64,000 nt of DNA from IMG/VR virus record IMGVR_UViG_3300026484_000087, positions 124,001 to 188,000 of that record, one strand, 5' to 3'. The translations under genes and the position numbers were made by a program. Position 1 is the stretch's first letter. Every line of letters starts with the position of its first letter. The notes under the pieces were generated by a model, which was not told the origin of the DNA, made no database searches, and saw nothing but the letters and a program-made list of their open reading frames with translations. Below are positions 39,792 through 48,831 of this stretch, piece by piece.

Positions 39792-40052
39792 ATACCTCAT
39801 ATTTAACATATGAATGTTATCTGCTATATTTTTAAAAAGATTAAATTCTCTTGGATCTTTTTTACGATTAACTAAATTTTTTCTATAACCTTCATAATTC
39901 AGTTTTATTAAATGTTTGGCATAAGAATCAATATCTTTAAAATCTATAATGTTATAGTTTAAGTTATATAATTCAACAATGTCTAATAATAAATTATCTA
40001 GATCATCCTTAGTGAATGTTATTTCACCAAATTCAATTTTATCTGTTGTCAT
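39780..40052 (-). CDS. hypothetical protein
   Basis: 90-aa ORF, AAGGAG RBS. Confidence 0.65.
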   Translation of the reverse strand: MTTDKIEFGEITFTKDDLDNLLLDIVELYNLNYNIIDFKDIDSYAKHLIKLNYEGYRKNLVNRKKDPREFNLFKNIADNIHMLNMRYRVV

Positions 40053-40122
40053 ATTTTCTCTCCTTTAATCAGATAAATGTTATGGGTAAAAAAATAAATA
40101 GAGTAGAAACTACTCTATCTTA

Positions 40123-40719
40123 CTATCTAAGGTACTTGAACCAAAGATAGTAGTCATACATATTTTGTATAACGTTTAATATTAACATAACCATGGTAAA
40201 TTGTATAATATCTATATGTAGAACTGATATAGATACTACTGCTATACCTGAACCAATAGCTCCACCAATAGTTATAGTTAAGTCAGCTGCTTTTCTAATT
40301 AACTTAAGTGCTTTGTTTCCAGAATCTGTATTAAATTCTTTTTGCTCATAGGCTCTAGATGTTTCCCCAGTTATTTTTCTAATAATAGCAGATCCTATAA
40401 TAACGCCATATACGATATAACCAGCAGTGGCTAAATCACTCGTATATATAAGACTTATATATAATGCTATTAAGAAGATGGTTTCCTGTGTTATAGATGC
40501 TAACTGTCCACCTTTTAATGTAACCCAATTAGTATGGGCTACTTTGATTCCTACTAGAGCAGTTATAAATATAAGCATCTCAAAGATAGGTATCACATCA
40601 TTACCCATTGCATTCTTAGCCATAATCATGAATGTAGTTAAAGCCATCCATGTTGTAGTTCCTAATAAATCACTTAGTATCATTGCTCTTGACCATTTTA
40701 TATAATTTGTTCTTTTCAT
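40123..40719 (-). CDS. multi-pass membrane protein
   Basis: 198 aa with about six hydrophobic helices; AAGGAG RBS. Confidence 0.7.
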   Translation of the reverse strand: MKRTNYIKWSRAMILSDLLGTTTWMALTTFMIMAKNAMGNDVIPIFEMLIFITALVGIKVAHTNWVTLKGGQLASITQETIFLIALYISLIYTSDLATAGYIVYGVIIGSAIIRKITGETSRAYEQKEFNTDSGNKALKLIRKAADLTITIGGAIGSGIAVVSISVLHIDIIQFTMVMLILNVIQNMYDYYLWFKYLR

Positions 40720-40798
40720 TATGTTCTCCTTAAATTACCCATAATATATTTTGTTACTTAAAACTAAAAAATAACAGATACCAAATTGGTACCTATTA

Positions 40799-41050
40799 TT
40801 AAAGATACTTAGACAATCTGTCTAACTCTTTTCTATATGACTCGATCTTAGCTGCTTTCTCTCTAGCGTCTTCAATAACCCTTTCCATATTTATGCCAAC
40901 TATATGTTTGGCTGACAATAATGATTGAGTATTTATTGAAAATATCTCAAACATATATTCACTATTTATCCTAGAATAAATTCTAGAATATACATATTTG
41001 CGTCTATCTTTTTTATTTAATCTAACTCTTTTATTTAATTTAAGCATCAT
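40799..41050 (-). CDS. hypothetical protein
   Basis: 83 aa; overlaps the upstream stop codon. Confidence 0.6.
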   Translation of the reverse strand: MMLKLNKRVRLNKKDRRKYVYSRIYSRINSEYMFEIFSINTQSLLSAKHIVGINMERVIEDAREKAAKIESYRKELDRLSKYL

Positions 41051-41262
41051 AATACCTCATTAGCTTTTACAATACACTCGATATTATTTCTAATATCAGT
41101 TGCTTGTATTGGTTCATCTTCATAGTTGAATACTATTTCACCAATATTAAAACCCATACCGTTAAAATGCGTGCTAGCCATTCTAGCATGATCAGTTAAT
41201 AGCGTTAATGTTTCTAGATTAAACACTGTATCTTCTTCCACGTCCATTCTGATATTATACAT
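41047..41262 (-). CDS. hypothetical protein
   Basis: 71 aa; translationally coupled to the upstream gene. Confidence 0.6.
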   Translation of the reverse strand: MYNIRMDVEEDTVFNLETLTLLTDHARMASTHFNGMGFNIGEIVFNYEDEPIQATDIRNNIECIVKANEVL

Positions 41263-41444
41263 TATCTTTCCTCCACTTTAACTATAATGTTACTGCATTC
41301 GGTATTTGACCATATTGTAACTGAACCATTCTTTACTTCCCAACAATGACCTGTTCTTGTTTTACTTAAAGGCATTATTTCATATGCCCAACCATTACAA
41401 ACCTCTACCATTTTCTCACATCCGTCTACTGTTATAACTTGCAT
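41262..41444 (-). CDS. hypothetical protein
   Basis: 60 aa; AAGGA RBS. Confidence 0.6.
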   Translation of the reverse strand: MQVITVDGCEKMVEVCNGWAYEIMPLSKTRTGHCWEVKNGSVTIWSNTECSNIIVKVEER

Positions 41445-41477
41445 TTTAGTTCCTTATTTATTTTTTAATAATTACCA

Positions 41478-41567
41478 TTAATTGATATAGGAAATTATTT
41501 CTTTTAGAATATCTTTTAATAAAGATATCAACACAGTTCTTAAAAGAGATATTAAAAACTTTCTCAT
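41478..41567 (-). CDS. 29-aa amphipathic peptide MRKFLISLLRTVLISLLKDILKEIISYIN
   Basis: AGGA RBS 6 nt before ATG; not in the ORF track. Confidence 0.45.
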   Translation of the reverse strand: MRKFLISLLRTVLISLLKDILKEIISYIN

Positions 41568-41587
41568 GTGGATTCCTAGTCAAATTT

Positions 41588-41740
41588 TACAGTATGGTAC
41601 CGTCAGTACCATACTGTAGTCATTTGTTTATTTCTAGTTAATCCATCGAACTAAATCGATCCACCATATTAAATGGTCCATTCACTAACGATACGTATAC
41701 CGTAAATGATGGTTCACAGTAATTACAACTGCAAACTCTA
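41588..41740 (-). ncRNA. candidate small RNA (~150 nt)
   Basis: Bounded by the promoter motif and a 13-bp-stem hairpin; four internal hairpins; no credible ORF. Confidence 0.5.
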
Positions 41741-41774
41741 ATTATATTATATATGGTTGAAAAAAAATGGAAAC
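41734..41774 (-). promoter_or_regulatory. putative early promoter
   Basis: TTTCAACCATATATAATATAATTAG. Confidence 0.55.
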
Positions 41775-41775
41775 T

Positions 41776-41804
41776 CAACTTAGAGCATTTAATGCTCTAA
41801 GTTG
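41776..41804. terminator. hairpin after the 41810-42475 gene
   Basis: CAACTTAGAGCATT-T-AATGCTCTAAGTTG. Confidence 0.6.
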
Positions 41805-41809
41805 TTAAA

Positions 41810-42475
41810 TTACCTTTTTTTCTCTGTACCAGATAACAAAGCCACAGAATTAAATTTAAAATCCAATAAAAGTTTATCTTGTCTATGGTAGTAGTATTCT
41901 GTTTTCTTAACAGCTAATATGTTACTTTCACGACTAAAATGATCTTCATTGAAATCTACACCTAGATACTCTGCTCGATTTTTCTCAACTTCCATGTTTA
42001 AGAAATATATTTTTCTATAGATTTCGTACCTAGTCAATTTTGGTTGTTTATAGTAGATGCTGTTTGATTTAGATCTGGTCCATATAATATCCATTTCATT
42101 GTTGGTTTTTATACTTGGGTAGATATCTACGAACCTTTCAGCCAATTTACCAAAATTATCTAAATGAATCTCTGGCATATCTATATAGAATCTACAGTTA
42201 TTCTCTAGAATAAAACTATTTATTATCTTAACTATGTCATCTTTTGATCTGGCTTCAAGCACAGTATAATTTACATTTTTAAGCTTACCAAATGTTCTTA
42301 TATCATCAGCTTTGGCACATGCTTGCTTTATGGCTTCTGCTGTTTCCTCACATGTTATGAAGATGGAGTTATAACTTGTACCACTGGTTTGTTCTGTTAT
42401 AAATAACCTAATAAGCTCGGTTGTTTTACCGCTTCTTGCTTTACCTACTATACATTTTATTTTATTCTTTTCCAT
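41810..42475 (-). CDS. small P-loop NTPase-like protein
   Basis: GKARSGKT Walker A, IFITCEE, FYID. Confidence 0.6.
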   Translation of the reverse strand: MEKNKIKCIVGKARSGKTTELIRLFITEQTSGTSYNSIFITCEETAEAIKQACAKADDIRTFGKLKNVNYTVLEARSKDDIVKIINSFILENNCRFYIDMPEIHLDNFGKLAERFVDIYPSIKTNNEMDIIWTRSKSNSIYYKQPKLTRYEIYRKIYFLNMEVEKNRAEYLGVDFNEDHFSRESNILAVKKTEYYYHRQDKLLLDFKFNSVALLSGTEKKR

Positions 42476-42493
42476 AGTATTTCCTTTTATATT

Positions 42494-43087
42494 TTAAATT
42501 TCTACCATTAATGCTTTATCTGTATCTTTAAAATACACTTCAGCTCCATTAAACCACTTATCTATTAGATCTATTTCTTCACATATATCATCATATGTTA
42601 ATATAAGATCTTTATCACTAAACATATTAGTTTTATATAGCCCAATATCATTCATGAAGAATGTATCACCTCTAGCGTTAATAACCTTAGCATAGATTTT
42701 ATCATTCTTTCTAAGGTAAGACTCTGAATAATAATAGATTCCATAGATGTTAAATTCATTTACATTTCTGGTTTGAGGTTTAACCTTAATGTATATGTTA
42801 TCAAAACTGGTTTTAGTAATGGATGCTATGCTACATTTAACTTTAGCCAAATTACTACCACCACTACCTATGACATGTTTTATTTCAATAGTAGGTACAT
42901 AAATAGTAAAATTCAACTTAGGTCTGCCAATAAACTTTGTTGGTAAAAATACATAACCATCAAATTGTGCCAAATGTACTTTAAATGCTCTAAGTTCCTT
43001 TTCAGCCAACTCAAGGTTTCTATCCTCATGGACAGGATACGAATTAAACATTCGTATATCGTCTTTATCTTTTAAAATGTTGGACAT
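42494..43087 (-). CDS. KH-domain protein
   Basis: VP..EIKHVIGSGGSNLAKVK matches the KH GxxG loop. Confidence 0.55.
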   Translation of the reverse strand: MSNILKDKDDIRMFNSYPVHEDRNLELAEKELRAFKVHLAQFDGYVFLPTKFIGRPKLNFTIYVPTIEIKHVIGSGGSNLAKVKCSIASITKTSFDNIYIKVKPQTRNVNEFNIYGIYYYSESYLRKNDKIYAKVINARGDTFFMNDIGLYKTNMFSDKDLILTYDDICEEIDLIDKWFNGAEVYFKDTDKALMVEI

Positions 43088-43491
43088 TATAAGTACTCCA
43101 TCTTTGTATTTTCAGATATAGTTATGCCTTTATGCTCATATATGTTTTCTAATGTATCTGTAAAATCTGTATCAATATATGCTAAGTTATCGATATGCGA
43201 TTCCTTAAGTTCAGCAACAACATCTGCATCTAGAACGATGATCTTTTTATCCTCATCAACTTTATATGTAATATCATGGTTCTTAAAGTATTTAATAAAC
43301 CATACAAATATACTTTCACTTTCTTTAACATAAAGTTCGCCTAATTCATTCTCTATTTCTTCTAATCGCTCATCGATATCATCAAGTCCATTTACATGAC
43401 TCTCATCTATGTCTAAACCTTTACATCTGATAACTTCAGCTTGTGCAAGTAACTCTTCTTCTTCTTTTCTTAAACTTTCTATTCTAGTCAT
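43087..43491 (-). CDS. hypothetical acidic protein
   Basis: 134-aa ORF, AAGGAG RBS. Confidence 0.7.
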   Translation of the reverse strand: MTRIESLRKEEEELLAQAEVIRCKGLDIDESHVNGLDDIDERLEEIENELGELYVKESESIFVWFIKYFKNHDITYKVDEDKKIIVLDADVVAELKESHIDNLAYIDTDFTDTLENIYEHKGITISENTKMEYL

Positions 43492-43515
43492 AACGACTCC
43501 TTTATATTTATATCT

Positions 43516-43560
43516 GATACTGCCATGTATCTATATTAATAATATATAAGTAAAAAAAAT
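43516..43560 (-). promoter_or_regulatory. putative early promoter plus 5' hairpin
   Basis: TTATATATTATTAATATA-GATAC-ATGGCA-GTATC. Confidence 0.6.
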
Positions 43561-43564
43561 TAGA

Positions 43565-43596
43565 TAACTACTTAGGACATATGTCCTAAGTAGTTA
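43565..43596. terminator. perfect 32-bp palindrome
   Basis: TAACTACTTAGGACAT|ATGTCCTAAGTAGTTA. Confidence 0.6.
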
Positions 43597-45075
43597 CATC
43601 TTAACGATTTTTATAAGGTTATTAACCATGCCTATTTGATGGTTTATTAAACTATAATTAGTCATTGCTATAGATATCAAACTAGCATTATTATCTAGAC
43701 CAGTAGATAATGCATGTAATGTAGATTTAGTTATTTCAAACTTATTATCTTTACTAACAATATGTTCATGTAGCATATTAGTTTTTTCAGCTATCTCTTT
43801 AACTAAGCTATCTATTTTACTAAAATTAACCTTACCAAGTTTATTTCCTAGAATGGCAGTATCTTCAGCAAGCTTAGGCAATGAAGTTAAATTTGGTACA
43901 AGTTTACCAACTGGCATTCTATCGTTGTTAGAGTTAACATCTATAACCCCAGATAGATTATTTTTTATCTCATAAGCAACTTCTTCGGTTTTTTCAAAAA
44001 GTGTTTTCTTAGGTTTAAAAGATTTTCTGTAATCTTCATCAGACATTATCTTACTTAAGATGACATTTAACTCACTAAGAGAATCTATAATTAAAGAACC
44101 TAACATATGTTCATTTTTACTAAGTTTATTTTCAAGTTCTATTAGGTTAGTGTTTAAACCAATAACGACTGGGGTTTCTCTAGATTCTATACTAGCATAA
44201 CTTTTATTCTTAATAATTCTCTTAAGAGAACTAATATCACTTCTAAGTTGTCTAAGTTCTTTATTGCTTTCACCAGATATACCACTTATGGTTTCTGTAA
44301 CACCAGAGAATAATTCGCTAATAGAATTTAATCTATTTAAAACAAAGTTATTTATATTACTAATTAAACCATTTTCATTACTAAGCATATTAACCGCTTC
44401 ATCTACTGATTCAAAACTAAGAGTTTCTTCTAACGTTACTAACTGATTAACTTTTTCCATATTCTTTTTCCTTTTATCCCATACATCTTGTATGTTCTGT
44501 GATTGACTACCCCATTTAAGATTGGTAGCATTACAATTCTCTTTATTATCGTCCTTATGCATAACGACAAAACCTTTTGGACCAACTCCATGAAATGCAG
44601 TACAAACCAATATATGTACATACTCCATTTTACTTTTGGTGCTACCATCTTTAAAAATAGATACTTTAAGATAGTGTCCAGCACTAACACCTTTAGTAAA
44701 ATTACCTGTTTTCAATGTAAGTATTTCTCCAAGGTTACTCGCCAGATACTTACTAAATCCAGGTATAGGTTTCCATATTCTATCCATAGCATTTAATGGG
44801 ACAGGTATCCTATTTGATACATCTACATTAACTGGCAACTCAATTGGTATTATGTTTTTATGTATATAAGGAGCTTCCTCATCTACATATAGGCCATCAT
44901 CTGATAGACTAAATACTTTATAGTACCATCCATCAAGTTTTCTATGTTTTTTCTTAATAGCTTTAACAAGGTCTTTTAATGTCTTATACATTTTTATATA
45001 ACCAGTGCTATTTACCTTAATTTCTATTTTTTTATTAAGTATATCTGTTTTATAAATTGGTAAATATAATACCAC
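43594..45075 (-). CDS. NUMOD4/HNH endonuclease fused to a putative virion head protein; internal start at 44460
   Basis: WKPIPGFSKYLASNLG (NUMOD4) and VHILV..AF, VMHKDDNKENCNATNLKW (HNH); helical C-terminal part with SFE/SNE sites and its own AAGGA RBS. Confidence 0.8.
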   Translation of the reverse strand: MVLYLPIYKTDILNKKIEIKVNSTGYIKMYKTLKDLVKAIKKKHRKLDGWYYKVFSLSDDGLYVDEEAPYIHKNIIPIELPVNVDVSNRIPVPLNAMDRIWKPIPGFSKYLASNLGEILTLKTGNFTKGVSAGHYLKVSIFKDGSTKSKMEYVHILVCTAFHGVGPKGFVVMHKDDNKENCNATNLKWGSQSQNIQDVWDKRKKNMEKVNQLVTLEETLSFESVDEAVNMLSNENGLISNINNFVLNRLNSISELFSGVTETISGISGESNKELRQLRSDISSLKRIIKNKSYASIESRETPVVIGLNTNLIELENKLSKNEHMLGSLIIDSLSELNVILSKIMSDEDYRKSFKPKKTLFEKTEEVAYEIKNNLSGVIDVNSNNDRMPVGKLVPNLTSLPKLAEDTAILGNKLGKVNFSKIDSLVKEIAEKTNMLHEHIVSKDNKFEITKSTLHALSTGLDNNASLISIAMTNYSLINHQIGMVNNLIKIVKM

Positions 45076-45139
45076 TAATTACTCCTTATAATACATTATT
45101 TCATATAAATGTTAGGTGGTAAAAGAAAAATACCATTAG

Positions 45140-45165
45140 GTTAGATGTGCCATGGCACATCTAAC
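45140..45165. terminator. perfect 26-bp palindrome
   Basis: GTTAGATGTGCCA|TGGCACATCTAAC. Confidence 0.55.
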
Positions 45166-45246
45166 ATTATTTCTTAAGTTAATAAATATTGCATGACAAT
45201 AGTGTATTGCTATCATTATCAATTTGATATTTAAGCTTATACTTTA

Positions 45247-45900
45247 TTAGACACCCACATTTTCATCTTCCTTCCTAATCATATGCAAGGTTAAGTTTTT
45301 ATTATCTACTTTAAAATACTTAAAAGGATTACTTTCTTCAGTTACATAGCCAGTAACTACATGTGGTCGATACCCCTTTCTAACAAAGATACCAACATTC
45401 TCCATAGAGGCTAAGTACTCTTGACCATCATACTGATCTAAATTATTTAATTTAGTTATGATATTAATTACATTAGCATTACTTAAACCTTCATTCATGT
45501 CTATCATAACAACATTTTCTTTTGGTATCTTATTGCATTTGTTACCACAGATATCGTCAATTTCATCATCTATAACTATATATGTTTCCACATTGTGTCC
45601 AAATTCAAACAGGTAATCCAATATCTGTTCGCCTCTAAGATTCTTCTTCCTAGGAGTTGAACCAATTATGCGATCTAGATATTTAAATCTCTGTTTCTCT
45701 AATTTTCTTTTAAGTTGATTTTCAAACCATGATGACGAAATAACTATTTTTAAATCAGGCACTCTTTCAAGTATAAATTCTAATCTTACCATAAGATGAT
45801 GTTCAATTGGATCATTTCCAATATTATTAAAGCCATGACTGTAGTAACTTGGACCCATGATATTAAGTACACCATCTACATCTAAGAATAATATTTTCAT
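45247..45900 (-). CDS. HAD-superfamily phosphatase (HAD_SAK type)
   Basis: ILFLDVDGVLN, IVISSSW, RGEQI and YIVIDD motifs. Confidence 0.8.
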   Translation of the reverse strand: MKILFLDVDGVLNIMGPSYYSHGFNNIGNDPIEHHLMVRLEFILERVPDLKIVISSSWFENQLKRKLEKQRFKYLDRIIGSTPRKKNLRGEQILDYLFEFGHNVETYIVIDDEIDDICGNKCNKIPKENVVMIDMNEGLSNANVINIITKLNNLDQYDGQEYLASMENVGIFVRKGYRPHVVTGYVTEESNPFKYFKVDNKNLTLHMIRKEDENVGV

Positions 45901-46103
45901 TACTGACCACCAATATAAAAAACAATGGTACCATCATCTAAATTTTTTAAACCGTGCTTAGTATTAGTAAAGCGAGCTGGGTGTTCATGTAAGCTTCCAT
46001 CAAGATCTTGTTGTACGAACCCCTTTCTATCAACAATAATAATATTACTAGTAGTTCTAGATATTGGTTCGAGAAACGACTTTTCAATATTGTAATTCTC
46101 CAT
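45900..46103 (-). CDS. hypothetical protein
   Basis: 67 aa; stop overlaps the next start. Confidence 0.55.
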   Translation of the reverse strand: MENYNIEKSFLEPISRTTSNIIIVDRKGFVQQDLDGSLHEHPARFTNTKHGLKNLDDGTIVFYIGGQ

Positions 46104-46114
46104 AATAATCCCCT

Positions 46115-46885
46115 TTATTCCATTACAGATTCACCAGTAGACTTAAAATACTTTAAGTCTACTGTAGCATCGTGTTCTAAATACTTAGCTGTATTATAAA
46201 CACACATTGTTTTATCTATTTTATGTTTTACGTTCATGCTACTTAGTAAAATAGAATGTCCTTTAACACATTGATTATAGTATTCACCAAATAAAGTTAT
46301 CTCAGTATCCTCACCAATTTCAATATGTTTGTAAAAATGTTCTGCAAACTTATTTACATATGGAATGCTACCATGACTAAATTGCATAATATTTATATTA
46401 TTAATCTCTAAAGATTTAAATTTATTCATATGCTGTTCGAACTTATCCATAAAACTATAATCGCCATCAAATAGAATTCCAGAGAACTCTGTAGCCATTA
46501 AATCTTCTATATGTTTACTCCTAAATAATTTATTTAAACGATGTTCTAAATTAAATTTTCCTAACGCAATATTATTTTTATATCTTTTAGGAGTTTTTAT
46601 CTTAGTTGTTAACATATCTAAGAAAATCTTTATACCTTGTTTACGAATAGGACATGCTATGCCATCTACAATAAACTCTTTACCATATAGGTAATACTTA
46701 ATAATATCACTACTAAACGCTTTAATATATATTAAACGTAGTTTAATGTCAACGGTACATTGGTATATAATAACTGTATCAAAACGTTTAATGTATTCTA
46801 TATATTCATCCATCATCTTAGCATTATTGTTGTTGCCAATAGTGGACCATCCTGGATGAACCAGGATACCTACTTTAGTTTTCAT
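46115..46885 (-). CDS. hypothetical protein, weak cysteine-hydrolase-like motifs
   Basis: ILVHP and ITLFGEYYNQCV; function uncertain. Confidence 0.5.
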   Translation of the reverse strand: MKTKVGILVHPGWSTIGNNNNAKMMDEYIEYIKRFDTVIIYQCTVDIKLRLIYIKAFSSDIIKYYLYGKEFIVDGIACPIRKQGIKIFLDMLTTKIKTPKRYKNNIALGKFNLEHRLNKLFRSKHIEDLMATEFSGILFDGDYSFMDKFEQHMNKFKSLEINNINIMQFSHGSIPYVNKFAEHFYKHIEIGEDTEITLFGEYYNQCVKGHSILLSSMNVKHKIDKTMCVYNTAKYLEHDATVDLKYFKSTGESVME

Positions 46886-47184
46886 TGTTCCTCCTCAATA
46901 GGATCCAGATTATACTTAGGTATGGAATATGCTTTCTTTTCTTCTTTTATTTTGTCAAGTGTTCTTTGCGTTTTTCTAACCTTTTCTAATAATGTCCTGT
47001 CTAGAGGCGTTTGTATCGCATCTTGTAAATCAACAATACTTACTTCAAACCCATCAGTACCCGTGGTTGAAGCTATGGCACTTTTAAGTTCTTCCATAAA
47101 TTCATCTGGAGTTTGTTTAGATTGTGAAACTATCTTTATATCACCAACTATCTTCTGTTTAAAGTTGTCCATGACTAATTCCAT
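46882..47184 (-). CDS. hypothetical protein
   Basis: 100-aa ORF in an overlapping operon. Confidence 0.6.
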   Translation of the reverse strand: MELVMDNFKQKIVGDIKIVSQSKQTPDEFMEELKSAIASTTGTDGFEVSIVDLQDAIQTPLDRTLLEKVRKTQRTLDKIKEEKKAYSIPKYNLDPIEEEQ

Positions 47185-47954
47185 GCATAAAGATGATCAC
47201 TAACATACCCGCATGTAGCAATAATCTCTTTTTCCATAACCGCTCTACCAGCTATCATCTCAAGACTTGTTGCATCTACATACATATCGTTCTCTTCAGC
47301 AAATTCCATAAGGTCATCTGGTAAAGGTATATGGTCTATCCAACCATCGAACCCTTCAAGTATCTCAACTTTACGATCTGGATGAACTACATATAGCCTA
47401 TACCATTTACATGTATTTTCTATAGTGATAACTGGTTTATCAGCTTTAGTATGTCTATATACTAATGGTACGTTTCCTTTAGTACTATAGTATGTAGTAT
47501 AGTCATCATCTATAATAGTTAAACCAATTAACAAATCTAAAGCTTTGAATATATTGAATTTAATATCGTCTGTAGCATCTTTAACTGCTTCAGGGATGCT
47601 GCAATCTAATGGTGTTAGCATGTGTAGGTTAGAGAAATCATTTATAACTTCACCAGTACTTATATTAACTACTTTATAACACCTATATTCAGGAGATTCA
47701 TTCTCAAATCTAAAGTATCCTGGTTTTATGACTACAATCATATCGCCATAGTAAGGCATGCTGTTGTGCTTATCTTGCTTATAAACTACATGGCCGAATT
47801 TAATAACTTCCCCATTAGCATCTAGATGACTTAAACATTTTTTACCATCGTAATATAAATATCCATCTCTTATTTCAATATTTGATTTTTTCACAATATC
47901 TCCTTTTATTAAATATTGCCTGTCTGAATTAACTCTATTTGCCCAGTACCCCAA
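47175..47954 (-). CDS. hypothetical protein
   Basis: 259-aa ORF; start uncertain. Confidence 0.6.
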   Translation of the reverse strand: MGYWANRVNSDRQYLIKGDIVKKSNIEIRDGYLYYDGKKCLSHLDANGEVIKFGHVVYKQDKHNSMPYYGDMIVVIKPGYFRFENESPEYRCYKVVNISTGEVINDFSNLHMLTPLDCSIPEAVKDATDDIKFNIFKALDLLIGLTIIDDDYTTYYSTKGNVPLVYRHTKADKPVITIENTCKWYRLYVVHPDRKVEILEGFDGWIDHIPLPDDLMEFAEENDMYVDATSLEMIAGRAVMEKEIIATCGYVSDHLYAWN

Positions 47955-48214
47955 TCTTTATTAATGTCATGTATTTCTGGATTAAAACGGATCCTACCGT
48001 CAGCTTCTGGTAAACCAAGAGCGTATGAGTTTTTACCATTATCCTCATTCGGATAGTATTTTTCATGATTTCCATTTTTCTTAAGAAATTCAATCGTTTC
48101 CGATAAAGGAATGTTATTATTTCCAACATTTATTTTATGTTCAATACCATATATAGAAACTATGTTGTTAGCAGTATCTACAATATGAATATTGGGTTTA
48201 ATCATTTTATTCAT
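47909..48214 (-). CDS. hypothetical protein
   Basis: 101-aa ORF, GGAG RBS. Confidence 0.55.
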   Translation of the reverse strand: MNKMIKPNIHIVDTANNIVSIYGIEHKINVGNNNIPLSETIEFLKKNGNHEKYYPNEDNGKNSYALGLPEADGRIRFNPEIHDINKDWGTGQIELIQTGNI

Positions 48215-48550
48215 TTATTCTCCTTTTTCAATTTTGGTTGTTAATATTTTACATATTTCATCCGTATTTAAATTCGGACCTATAAGCAAGTCACCTGTTT
48301 CAATTGTCTTTTCTACATTTACATAATCCGTAGCCCATATTTCGATACCAAGAATTCTTGATATCATAGTCATAACTTTTGTTCTACGTTCGTTTGTAAG
48401 TAGTTCCGATATTGGTTTAAAGCTATTAAACTCAACTCTTCTCCGTGTTGTACGTCCAAGCATACCCTTTTGTTCTATGTGGACATCTACATTATCTCTT
48501 ATTAGAGTAGTTATAATATCAGCAATCATTATACTTGTTTCTAATTTCAT
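48215..48550 (-). CDS. hypothetical protein
   Basis: 111-aa ORF, AGGAG RBS. Confidence 0.65.
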   Translation of the reverse strand: MKLETSIMIADIITTLIRDNVDVHIEQKGMLGRTTRRRVEFNSFKPISELLTNERRTKVMTMISRILGIEIWATDYVNVEKTIETGDLLIGPNLNTDEICKILTTKIEKGE

Positions 48551-48558
48551 TCTATCTC

Positions 48559-48831
48559 CTATTTACTAAATGTCAATGGTCCTAGATTAATAGGATTATT
48601 AAAACCATCTATTATATGGTTATGTCCATGTATAATAATTTGATCTTTTAGATCATGATGATCGCTTCTCACTAGATTCATATCACCAATGTGTCCATCT
48701 ATTATATCTGCGATTTCATCGTTGCAGTATATAGTATAATCAGCACTATAATTAGTAGTATCAAATTTCTTTTTTAAACCTTGGTCTATCTTTTTAAGAA
48801 GGGTAAACAGAGTTTCAGATTTATTTGTCAT
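48559..48831 (-). CDS. hypothetical protein
   Basis: GGGAG RBS favours the MTNKSE start. Confidence 0.6.
   Translation of the reverse strand: MTNKSETLFTLLKKIDQGLKKKFDTTNYSADYTIYCNDEIADIIDGHIGDMNLVRSDHHDLKDQIIIHGHNHIIDGFNNPINLGPLTFSK

Noticed and set aside
43594-45075. HNH as part of an intein or intron, or as the mobiliser of the RNAP intron
   Set aside because: No intein termini or group I core elements flank it, and it lies about 29 kb from the intron
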